Shown one piece after another: positions 1-8,020 of a stretch of DNA of 64,000 nt; position 1 is the stretch's first letter; each line of letters starts with the position of its first letter. Under the pieces are notes generated by a model. The model was given only the letters and a program-made list of their open reading frames with translations. It did not search any database and was not told where the DNA came from. Both the position numbers and the translations under genes were made by a program. Where the stretch lies: positions 96,001-160,000 of the IMG/VR virus record IMGVR_UViG_3300008952_000004; one strand, given 5' to 3'. This DNA is from a virus.

Positions 1-1686
1 CTTGACTCAACTACCGCTGGTACTTCTGCTGCATCCAAGGCGATGGTAACAGATGCTAGTGGTGACATCCTTATGCCAGACAGCGACAAGTTTGAGCTTG
101 GCGCTAGCAGTGATATGCAGTTATATCACGACGGTACCAACTCTTTTATTGCTAACAAGACTGGTGCATTAAAGATTGCCACAGAAACTTCTGGTATCGC
201 TGTAACGATCGGTCACAGCACTTCTGAGGTGACTGTTGCTGACAACCTGACTGTTTCTGGTAACTTGACTGTTACTGGTACAACGATCACGGACTCGGTA
301 GAAGTTATTTCTACATCGAGCGGTGTTCTGTTCGAGGGTGGCACTGACGACGGTCACGAGGGTACTTTGATTTCTGCTGTTGCAGGAGCCGATGTAACTT
401 ACACGTTGCCGAACTTGACTGGTCACATTCCTTTGTTGGCTGGCGCAGCCTCAAATGCCAATGTAACTGCTGCTGAATTCCATCTTCTTGATGGTGGCTC
501 AACCGTTGATAACAGTGTTACTGTTGCCGACGGCGACGGCGTACTCTTCAATGACGGTGGTACGATGAAGCAGGTCGACGTGCGTGCACTTGCAGGCTAC
601 TTTGATGACGAAATCACTGCAATGCCCAACTTGGTAACAGTTGGAACTATTGGTAGCGGTGTGTGGAACGCAGGCGCGGTTACTTCCTCTGGAAGAATCG
701 TATCTGACGACGCAACCGAGGCTACCTCAACAACTGACGGTTCTTTACAGACCGATGGTGGTTTGAGTGTTGCTAAGAGCGCGGTCATCGGTGATGACTT
801 GGATCTCTTGTCTGACGGCGCAATCTTGAATTTCGGCGCAGATAAAGAAGTTACACTGACTCACGTTCATAACGAGGGGCTCCTCTTAGCAGGTGGTAAC
901 CATGAACTTCAGTTCAGAGATTCCGATCTATACATTAGTGGTGAAAACGATGGTGTTTTGGAATTAGCTGCTGATACAAGCATTATGTTTGATACCGATA
1001 ACGTTCTCTTCACGAGTTCGACAAGTGATGCTCCAACGGTTGCAATCAAAAACACCAATGCTGATGCCAATCCCGGCACCTTGCTTTTCCAACACGACAG
1101 TGCTTCGCCTGCCGATGATGATGAGCTTGGCGAGGTTGTTTTCAATGGTGATGACGACGGTGGTAACGACACCATGTTCGCCAAGATTGTTGGTGTGTCC
1201 ACGGACGTATCCAATGGTTCCGAAGATGGAATGCTTGAGTTTAAATATCAGGGTGCCGGTGCCGTCAAAGAATGGCAGCTTGGTGGTGGAGCAGGACTTG
1301 TTGGTCCTAACGACAGCACCTACGGTACTGTTAAGGCTCACTCCTTCGTTACCTACTCCGATGAGAGCTTGAAGACCAACTTCAAAGCCCTTGACAATCC
1401 TCTTGAGATGGTCAAGAAGCTGAATGGTCTTAACTACACTTGGAAGTCTGATGGCTCCAAGGATATTGGTTTCATCGCTCAGGAAGTTGAGAAGGTTGTA
1501 CCCGAGGTTGTTTACAGTAACGGTGGCGAAGCCGGTAGTTATGGTATGGATTACTCCAGCTTGACTGCTCTTCTTACCGAGGCTATCAAACAACAAGACA
1601 GCGAAATTACTGCTCTTAAAGCCACTCTTTCTAAGGTTCTTTCTTCTCAGGAAGAGCTTCTCAAGAAACTTGGCGTTAAGTCCTAA
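1..1686 (+). CDS. Tail fibre/tailspike with C-terminal intramolecular chaperone (peptidase S74-like); 5'-truncated by window edge
   Basis: Frame is open from base 1 (LDSTTAGTSAASKAM...). Gly/Thr/Asp-rich beta-repeat body; C-terminal 'YSDESLKTNF...YTWK...IGFIAQEVEKVVPEVV...MDYSSLTALLTEAIK' plus coiled coil matches the endosialidase-chaperone pattern. Confidence 0.85.
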   Translation, partial: LDSTTAGTSAASKAMVTDASGDILMPDSDKFELGASSDMQLYHDGTNSFIANKTGALKIATETSGIAVTIGHSTSEVTVADNLTVSGNLTVTGTTITDSVEVISTSSGVLFEGGTDDGHEGTLISAVAGADVTYTLPNLTGHIPLLAGAASNANVTAAEFHLLDGGSTVDNSVTVADGDGVLFNDGGTMKQVDVRALAGYFDDEITAMPNLVTVGTIGSGVWNAGAVTSSGRIVSDDATEATSTTDGSLQTDGGLSVAKSAVIGDDLDLLSDGAILNFGADKEVTLTHVHNEGLLLAGGNHELQFRDSDLYISGENDGVLELAADTSIMFDTDNVLFTSSTSDAPTVAIKNTNADANPGTLLFQHDSASPADDDELGEVVFNGDDDGGNDTMFAKIVGVSTDVSNGSEDGMLEFKYQGAGAVKEWQLGGGAGLVGPNDSTYGTVKAHSFVTYSDESLKTNFKALDNPLEMVKKLNGLNYTWKSDGSKDIGFIAQEVEKVVPEVVYSNGGEAGSYGMDYSSLTALLTEAIKQQDSEITALKATLSKVLSSQEELLKKLGVKS

Positions 1687-1715
1687 GTTTAATTTTAAAA
1701 GTTATTAAAACTTTT

Positions 1716-1750
1716 GCCCGCTCAGTCTTCGGATTGGGCGGGCTTTTTAT
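1716..1750 (+). terminator. Rho-independent terminator
   Basis: GCCCGCTCAGTC-TTCG-GATTGGGCGGGC stem with cUUCGg loop, followed by TTTTTATTT, just after the tail fibre stop. Confidence 0.9.
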
Positions 1751-1770
1751 TTCTTTTTATGTGAAAATAT

Positions 1771-1777
1771 CTATTTA
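1771..1777 (+). promoter_or_regulatory. Putative late promoter box CTATTTA
   Basis: Recurring CTAWTTA motif, 30 nt upstream of the ATG at 1808. Confidence 0.6.
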
Positions 1778-1807
1778 TATAGTGTAAAATGTCTAAGAGG
1801 TGAAAAT

Positions 1808-2311
1808 ATGGCAATTGGCGACACAAGCCCAACAACTTATAGAACAGTATCGGGACTCGGACACGCTCCGGCATATCAAGTTTCCGGTCGACCATGGATG
1901 ACTGGATCACAGATAGAACCATCGGGAACTATTACTATAACTTTTCCGAGTGTTACAAAGAATTTTACTATTGTAAATACGAGGCACCATAGAGGTGTAT
2001 CAAATAATGATACTCATACCGGATCGTTAGCGATTTATTTTGGTCCGACCCCAGGTTCCGATTGGGACGGCTCGAATATAAAACAGATTTATCACAACCA
2101 TTACGTTATGCTAGATGGTCCAGATGATGCTTACACATTTGAAACAAAAGCTGATAAGGTTCATATCACTTGTTTGGGATATGGAAATTATTCTGCTGGA
2201 CTTCCGCAACACTTATCTGGCGTTTCTGGCTCCTTTCGCATCTTGGCAGAACTGACCGGAATCCCTACCGACAGTATGTATCCACTTACTGGTTCAGGAA
2301 TTGACGAATAA
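1808..2311 (+). CDS. Hypothetical virion protein (possible head accessory/decoration)
   Basis: Lies between tail fibre and scaffold genes behind a CTATTTA box; predicted beta-rich; no family recognised. Confidence 0.5.
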   Translation: MAIGDTSPTTYRTVSGLGHAPAYQVSGRPWMTGSQIEPSGTITITFPSVTKNFTIVNTRHHRGVSNNDTHTGSLAIYFGPTPGSDWDGSNIKQIYHNHYVMLDGPDDAYTFETKADKVHITCLGYGNYSAGLPQHLSGVSGSFRILAELTGIPTDSMYPLTGSGIDE

Positions 2312-2334
2312 AGGGTTTTTTGTGATAAAACATA

Positions 2335-2341
2335 CTATTTA
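2335..2341 (+). promoter_or_regulatory. Putative late promoter box CTATTTA
   Basis: 40 nt upstream of the scaffold ATG (2382), with AGGAG RBS in between. Confidence 0.65.
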
Positions 2342-2381
2342 TTTGTGATAAAAAGTAACTTTTATTTTTAGGAGTAATCAA

Positions 2382-3362
2382 ATGTCGAAAATGTTACAAG
2401 AGGCTATTGTTGATGCAGAGGCACTTCGCGAGGCATCCTTGCGAAACGCAGAACAGGCAGTCATAGAAAAGTATGAGTCCGAAATTAAAGCAGCAGTTAC
2501 CGCATTGCTGGAAGCCCCGGAAGATCTTGCCTTGGATGCAGACCCAATGGGCTTGGGAGATGAAGCTCCCGAAGGTGTGGAGACTCTTTCACAACAATTG
2601 CCAGATGCAGCAACTGACGGTGAAAATCTTTGCCCTTGCCCCGAAGAAGAAGAAGCAGTTGAATTAGACTTGGACGCACTTGTTGCCGCCGCTTCCGCCG
2701 AAGAGGAGCCTCCTGCGGGTCTTCCCGGCGATTTAGCTTTGGAAGAGGAGAAAGTGGATTTGAGCGAGGACCTTCTTTCTAAGCTTGTAGCTGATTTATC
2801 TGAAGAGCTAACTGTTGATGTTTCCCCTAAATCTGATGGTTGGGCAGGTGCCACAGCCGGTCAGGTGGAAGAGGCTGAAGAACAAGCAGTAGCAGAAGAA
2901 CAAGATACAGAGATTTCCGAGGAAAACGAGGAACTCAGAAAGAACATCAAAGACCTTGAAGAAAAGTTGGCAAGATCCAGCAAAAGATTCAAGGTTCTTA
3001 AAGAAGAAAAGAACAAAATTAAAAATATCACTCTGAAAATGCGTAATCATGTTGATAGCGTAAACCTTCAGAATGCCAAACTACTCTACACTAATCGTGT
3101 TTTGTCTAGCGCCTCCCTGAATGAGCGGCAAAAAATTAAAATTGCTGAAGCTATTTCAATTGCGAAATCCGTAGATGAAGCGAAGACCATCTTTGAGACT
3201 CTTCAAAACGCAGTGGGGACTTCTTCTAAAAAGAATCCTAAATCACTGAGTGAAGTAGTGGAACGACGGACTTCAACTCTGCCTCGGGCGACCAAGGTAG
3301 AAAAAGCATCCGATCCGGCAGCGGAGAGGATGAGAATTCTAGCAGGAATTTCTAAGAAATAA
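2382..3362 (+). CDS. Prohead core scaffolding protein (T4 gp22-like)
   Basis: Immediately upstream of the MCP; acidic coiled coil with many L/I-x-E sites; C-terminal 'ERMRILAGI'. Confidence 0.8.
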   Translation: MSKMLQEAIVDAEALREASLRNAEQAVIEKYESEIKAAVTALLEAPEDLALDADPMGLGDEAPEGVETLSQQLPDAATDGENLCPCPEEEEAVELDLDALVAAASAEEEPPAGLPGDLALEEEKVDLSEDLLSKLVADLSEELTVDVSPKSDGWAGATAGQVEEAEEQAVAEEQDTEISEENEELRKNIKDLEEKLARSSKRFKVLKEEKNKIKNITLKMRNHVDSVNLQNAKLLYTNRVLSSASLNERQKIKIAEAISIAKSVDEAKTIFETLQNAVGTSSKKNPKSLSEVVERRTSTLPRATKVEKASDPAAERMRILAGISKK

Positions 3363-3388
3363 AACAATTAATAAGGGAGGACAATAAA

Positions 3389-5221
3389 ATGTCTGTTTTA
3401 GAAAAACTCACAGAAGGTATTGTTAACCGTTCCCTCGCCAAAGATGGTCAGGCACTTCTCAATAAATGGGAAAATACTGGTCTTTTGGAGGGGTTAGGTA
3501 ACGACACTACCAAGAATAGTATGGCTTGTCTCCTAGAGAATCAAGCCAAGGAGCTTCTCCGAGAAGCTTCAGCCATGTCACAGGGTGACGTGGAAGGGTT
3601 CGCAGCAGTTGCGTTCCCAATCGTCCGTCGCGTATTCGGTGGACTTATTGCTAACGACCTCGTTAGCGTTCAGCCTATGAGCTTACCCTCTGGTCTGATC
3701 TTTTTCCTTGACTTCCAACACACTGATAGCCGGTTGCAGTTCTCTGCTGGGGACTCTATCTATGGTGGTGGAAAGGTAGCCAAGGGTATTGTCGATGGTG
3801 TTAGCACCACTGGCGGGTTCTATGATCTGTCTAACGGCTATGCTTCTCCGACTGGTTCTGTGCTGCTGGCCATCGCTGGTGGTGGTTCTGGTGACCCCGA
3901 CCCGGCAGATATGGCTGACAACGAGATCAATGATGGTGCGACTGCGGCGAACGCTTGCTTCACACAGGCGACTGGTCACACCATTGCTGCCCTCAACAAC
4001 GCTCAGAAGAAAGCGATTCGCTGGGATCCTGACGTGCTCGGCGATTCGGACACTACGAAGGAGGTTACCTCTGTAATTGTTAAGCTTGGAACGTCTGAAA
4101 TGGCAGAGCTAAACGCGGACCAGTTGACTTCTTGCGTGCTTCGCACCACGGCTGAAGGCTCAACCGTATCGGTTAATGGTCTTAGTGGCGATTCGTATTT
4201 GCGTCGACTGACCCATCTCGGTTATTACGACGTCAATGGCGATCTCGTCGCCGGTTCTAAGGATCAGTTCCTTTCGATGTACATTCTTTCGACGGCTGGT
4301 TCACTGGCGCTCTCGGGCGATCAGTTCCTGCACTTCGCTCGTAAGGATGCGTTTGCGGCTGGCGGCGCCACTGGTGCGGTCGTGGGCGCTGACGGTTGGG
4401 GTCTTGAGGGTCGCACCAACTCTCCGGCTTCTGATCTTTCCAGCGCCGATTTGAACACTCGTATCCCTGAGATCGACATCAAGGTAGACAGCATCGCTGT
4501 GACTGCCGTGACGAAGAAGCTCAAGGCTAAGTGGACTCCGGAGTTGGGACAGGATCTCAACGCCTATCACAACCTTGACGCTGAGGTTGAGTTGACTGGT
4601 ATTCTCTCCGAGCAGATTGCTCTTGAGATTGATCAGGAGATTCTCAACGATCTCGTTCAGGGAGCCACGGCTGGCACACTCTATTGGAGTCGCCGCCCCG
4701 GTCAGTTTGTAGATCCTGAGACTGGCGCAAGCATCACAAGTGCAACCGCACCTCCGGACTTCACCGGAACGGTTTCCGAGTGGTATGAGACGCTTGTTGA
4801 GACAATCAACGACGTTTCCGCTCGTATTCACCGCAAGACTCTTCGTGGTGGTGCCAACTTCCTTGTTTGTGGACCCGAGGTCGCAAACATCCTTGAGTTC
4901 ACCAGTGGTTTCCGCGCAAGCATTACCGCTGACGACGACAAAGGGACAGTTGGCGCTGTTAACGCTGGTTCAATCAGCAAGAAGTGGGATGTATGGGTTG
5001 ACCCTTACTTCCCGCGCAATGTGGTCCTTGTTGGACGTAAGGGTGGTAGCTTCCTTGAGAGTGGCTATGTGTATGCTCCTTATGTTCCTCTTCAGGTCAC
5101 ACCAACCATCTTTGGTGACGAAGATTTCCTTCCTCGTAAGGGAGTAATGACTCGTTATGCTAAGAAGATGGTTCGCCCCGACATGTATGGTCTTGTCGTG
5201 GTACGCGATCTGATTGGTTAA
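3389..5221 (+). CDS. gp23: Major capsid protein, T4 gp23-like
   Basis: Motifs 'KWENTGLLEGL', 'LLRE/A' propeptide end, 'FPIVRRVF...VSVQPM..PSGLIF', 'KLKAKWTPELGQDLNAYHNLDAEVEL', 'YAPYVPL', 'KGVMTRYA'. Confidence 0.97.
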   Translation: MSVLEKLTEGIVNRSLAKDGQALLNKWENTGLLEGLGNDTTKNSMACLLENQAKELLREASAMSQGDVEGFAAVAFPIVRRVFGGLIANDLVSVQPMSLPSGLIFFLDFQHTDSRLQFSAGDSIYGGGKVAKGIVDGVSTTGGFYDLSNGYASPTGSVLLAIAGGGSGDPDPADMADNEINDGATAANACFTQATGHTIAALNNAQKKAIRWDPDVLGDSDTTKEVTSVIVKLGTSEMAELNADQLTSCVLRTTAEGSTVSVNGLSGDSYLRRLTHLGYYDVNGDLVAGSKDQFLSMYILSTAGSLALSGDQFLHFARKDAFAAGGATGAVVGADGWGLEGRTNSPASDLSSADLNTRIPEIDIKVDSIAVTAVTKKLKAKWTPELGQDLNAYHNLDAEVELTGILSEQIALEIDQEILNDLVQGATAGTLYWSRRPGQFVDPETGASITSATAPPDFTGTVSEWYETLVETINDVSARIHRKTLRGGANFLVCGPEVANILEFTSGFRASITADDDKGTVGAVNAGSISKKWDVWVDPYFPRNVVLVGRKGGSFLESGYVYAPYVPLQVTPTIFGDEDFLPRKGVMTRYAKKMVRPDMYGLVVVRDLIG

Positions 5222-5248
5222 TAGCCTAAAGATAACGTTTTAGTTATG

Positions 5249-5288
5249 AAGCCCCGTGTTAGTTTTGCTGATGCGGGGCTTTTCTTTT
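5249..5288 (+). terminator. Rho-independent terminator after MCP
   Basis: AAGCCCCG...CGGGGCTT stem followed by a T-rich tract. Confidence 0.85.
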
Positions 5289-5297
5289 GTCCAAAAA

Positions 5298-5304
5298 CTA
5301 ATTA
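5298..5304 (+). promoter_or_regulatory. Putative late promoter box CTAATTA
   Basis: Directly after the terminator, 20 nt upstream of ATG 5325, with GGAGG RBS. Confidence 0.6.
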
Positions 5305-5324
5305 CACGTGGAGGAACTTAGCTT

Positions 5325-6599
5325 ATGGCAACACCCACTTTGACACCTGCTTCTACGGTTAGCGTTTCAAGATTATCTGTGACCGGCAGCACCGATGACG
5401 TCGCTGCGGAGTTACCACTTGGGATCTACGCCGCGTCGGCACCATTTATATCAGGCGCCTCTGATCAGGTCGCTTATGTATATAAAAAGCTAGGAGGCGA
5501 TGTACTCGATATTGAAATCACTAATGGTCAAGTATATTCAGCCTATGAAGAAGCCACATTAGAATATTCTTATCTGGTAAATATACATCAAGCAAAGAAC
5601 ATCCTTGGTAATGTCCTCGGAGGTACAACAGGTTCGTTTGATGAAGACGGTCAATTGACCAATGGTCATGCACTGGAAGGAAAAAATGTAAATTTGCGAC
5701 TCCCACGATTTGATTTCGCATATGCCCGCCGCGTTGCTGAAGGGATTTCTGCTGAAAAAGGCATGGGGGTTGCGACGATATATTCTGCCTCTTTCCCGTT
5801 AGAAGGCGGCGTGCAAGATTATGATTTACAACAGATTATTTATAGTGCCTCGGTGGATGCTGGCAACTCAGATTTTCCTTATTATAATAAGGTTGGGCTT
5901 AATAAGATATCAATTTCAAAAGTATATTTTAAAACGAATTCGGCTCATTGGAGATTTTTTGGATATTACGGTGGACTAAACACTGTTGGAAATTTAGGCA
6001 CATATGGTCAATATGCCGATGACTCGACATTTCAAGTGGTGCCCGCGTGGCAAAATAAAGCTCAAGCAATTGCATATGAGGATGCTCTTTACACACGAAA
6101 TTCTCACTGGTCATATGAATTGAGAAATAATAAGGTTCGAGTTTACCCAATTCCCCCCACTTCTGGAGGATACCCAGAGAAACTATGGATTGAGTTTTCC
6201 CCAACCGGCACGAACACTTGGGAAGAACAAGCCGATCGAAAAGAGGGAGTTGAGGGCATTAACAATATGAACACACTGCCGTTTGAAAATATACCATATG
6301 GAAGTATTAATGCAATTGGTAAGCAGTGGATTCGCCGGTTTGCGCTGGCTTTAAGCAAAGAGATGCTTGGACATGTCAGATCTAAGTTCGCTTCTATTCC
6401 GATTCCCGGCAACGATGTGTCGCTAAACGGCTCAGATTTAATAAGTCAAGCCAAAGAAGAACAAACAGCTTTACGCGACGAATTGAAGACAGTACTTGAT
6501 GAAACAGCTTATGGTGAGTTGATGAAGGGAGACGCGGATATTGTCGACGCTTCGAACAAGGTCCAACAAAATGTACCGACATTGATTTATAGTGGATAA
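5325..6599 (+). CDS. Neck/head-completion protein (T4 gp13-like)
   Basis: Position after the MCP; C-terminal 'WIRRFALALSKEMLGHVRSKFASIPIPG..VSLNG..LI' is typical of gp13-like adaptors. Confidence 0.75.
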   Translation: MATPTLTPASTVSVSRLSVTGSTDDVAAELPLGIYAASAPFISGASDQVAYVYKKLGGDVLDIEITNGQVYSAYEEATLEYSYLVNIHQAKNILGNVLGGTTGSFDEDGQLTNGHALEGKNVNLRLPRFDFAYARRVAEGISAEKGMGVATIYSASFPLEGGVQDYDLQQIIYSASVDAGNSDFPYYNKVGLNKISISKVYFKTNSAHWRFFGYYGGLNTVGNLGTYGQYADDSTFQVVPAWQNKAQAIAYEDALYTRNSHWSYELRNNKVRVYPIPPTSGGYPEKLWIEFSPTGTNTWEEQADRKEGVEGINNMNTLPFENIPYGSINAIGKQWIRRFALALSKEMLGHVRSKFASIPIPGNDVSLNGSDLISQAKEEQTALRDELKTVLDETAYGELMKGDADIVDASNKVQQNVPTLIYSG

Positions 6600-6613
6600 G
6601 GAGGTAATTTAAA

Positions 6614-7102
6614 ATGGCAGACGACAAATGGACACAGCCATCAGCCCCTCCGCCACCCCTGTTTGCAGGAGAAAAAGAGAGGAACTTGGTTAAGCAAGTG
6701 AACGACGAACTTATTGAGCGAGTCATTGGTCAGCAAATTGCTTATTATCCGATAAGCGTCGAGCATACAAATTATCATCCCCTATATGGAGAGGCAATCC
6801 GAAAAACGTTTTTGCCCCCTGTAAGGGTATATGCTTTAGTTGAGTGGGAGGGTAGTGACACCACAACATCCAACTTGGGAATCGACAGGAAGGGTTCTAT
6901 TGTTGTACACTTTCATAAAAAAAGATTGGTTGCCGACCAAAATTTATTCGTCAGAGAGGGCGACTTTGTGGCTTACGGCAGTAAGTTTTATGAAATTGTC
7001 ACGCTTGGCGAACCAAGAGAAATGTTTGGACAACCAGAAAACAAAGTTGAAATAGTTGCTAAATGTATTAGAGCGAGAGAGGGCTTGTTTAATGGCGAAT
7101 AA
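6614..7102 (+). CDS. Neck protein (T4 gp14-like head closure)
   Basis: Synteny; 'PLYGEA..K.F..PV', 'EGDFV.Y...FYEI' pattern. Confidence 0.65.
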   Translation: MADDKWTQPSAPPPPLFAGEKERNLVKQVNDELIERVIGQQIAYYPISVEHTNYHPLYGEAIRKTFLPPVRVYALVEWEGSDTTTSNLGIDRKGSIVVHFHKKRLVADQNLFVREGDFVAYGSKFYEIVTLGEPREMFGQPENKVEIVAKCIRAREGLFNGE

Positions 7103-7952
7103 AGATCCAAATACAACAGAAATACCATTTCAACCATCGACCATAGAAACCATTGACTATGCAATAACAAATTGGCTTAAAGACATGAATATTCATGCCA
7201 GTTCTAACAAGGGGTTTAGGTCTATACCAGTTCAATGGGTAACTCCAGAAAGAGCATACTCAGTTAAAAAGAACAAAGACATAAGAGATTCGGGCGGCGC
7301 CCTGATTTTGCCGATTTTATCAATTGAAAGAACGTCGATGGAAAAGAATCTTTCGAAAAAGGGCACTTGGTGGGCAAACATTCCCCCACACGGCGACTAT
7401 AAAGGTGGCTCTATAGTTATTGCACGAAACATAAATCAAAAAAAGACGTCAGAATTCGCTAGCGCAGATGCAAAATATAATAAAAAGCAATTCAACTATC
7501 CACGTAAAAATTCGAAAGTGGTGTATGAGACAATAACAATTCCAATGCCGGTATACGTTGATGTCACTTATAAAATTACTGCTCGTACAGAATATCAGCA
7601 GCAGATGAATGAAGTGATTCAGCCGTTTATAACAAAGTTTGGTAGCATTAATCATTTCACCGTCAAGCATGATGGGCACAAGTTTGAATCTTTTATGCAA
7701 GCAGACTTTGCTCAAGAGAGTAATATAGCGGAGATTGGAGAGGAAGAACAATATTATCAAACAGCGTTTGAAGTAAACGTTTTGGGTTATTTGGTTGGTG
7801 GAGGCACAAATCAGGACAGCCCAAAAATGGTTGTTAGAGAAAATGCAGTAGAAGTAAAAATCAGCAGGGAACGCACTTTACTTGGCGATGAACTTGAGGG
7901 TGCCGGTAGAAATAAAAATAAAGCCGGGATTGACGGGAAGTATCGTTCTTAA
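7092..7952 (+). CDS. Tail terminator/sheath stabiliser (gp15-like)
   Basis: Synteny before the sheath; 'LILPILSIERTSM', 'PVYVDVTYKIT.RTEYQQQMNEVI.PF'. Start moved to ATG 7092, overlapping the upstream gene. Confidence 0.65.
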   Translation: MANKDPNTTEIPFQPSTIETIDYAITNWLKDMNIHASSNKGFRSIPVQWVTPERAYSVKKNKDIRDSGGALILPILSIERTSMEKNLSKKGTWWANIPPHGDYKGGSIVIARNINQKKTSEFASADAKYNKKQFNYPRKNSKVVYETITIPMPVYVDVTYKITARTEYQQQMNEVIQPFITKFGSINHFTVKHDGHKFESFMQADFAQESNIAEIGEEEQYYQTAFEVNVLGYLVGGGTNQDSPKMVVRENAVEVKISRERTLLGDELEGAGRNKNKAGIDGKYRS

Positions 7953-7978
7953 AATAAGGTATTTGAGTTTCTATGCAA

Positions 7979-7985
7979 CTATTTA
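7979..7985 (+). promoter_or_regulatory. Putative late promoter box CTATTTA
   Basis: 35 nt upstream of the sheath ATG. Confidence 0.65.
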
Positions 7986-8020
7986 TTAGAGAAAATCTTT
8001 AGTTTAAGGAGATCATAAAC

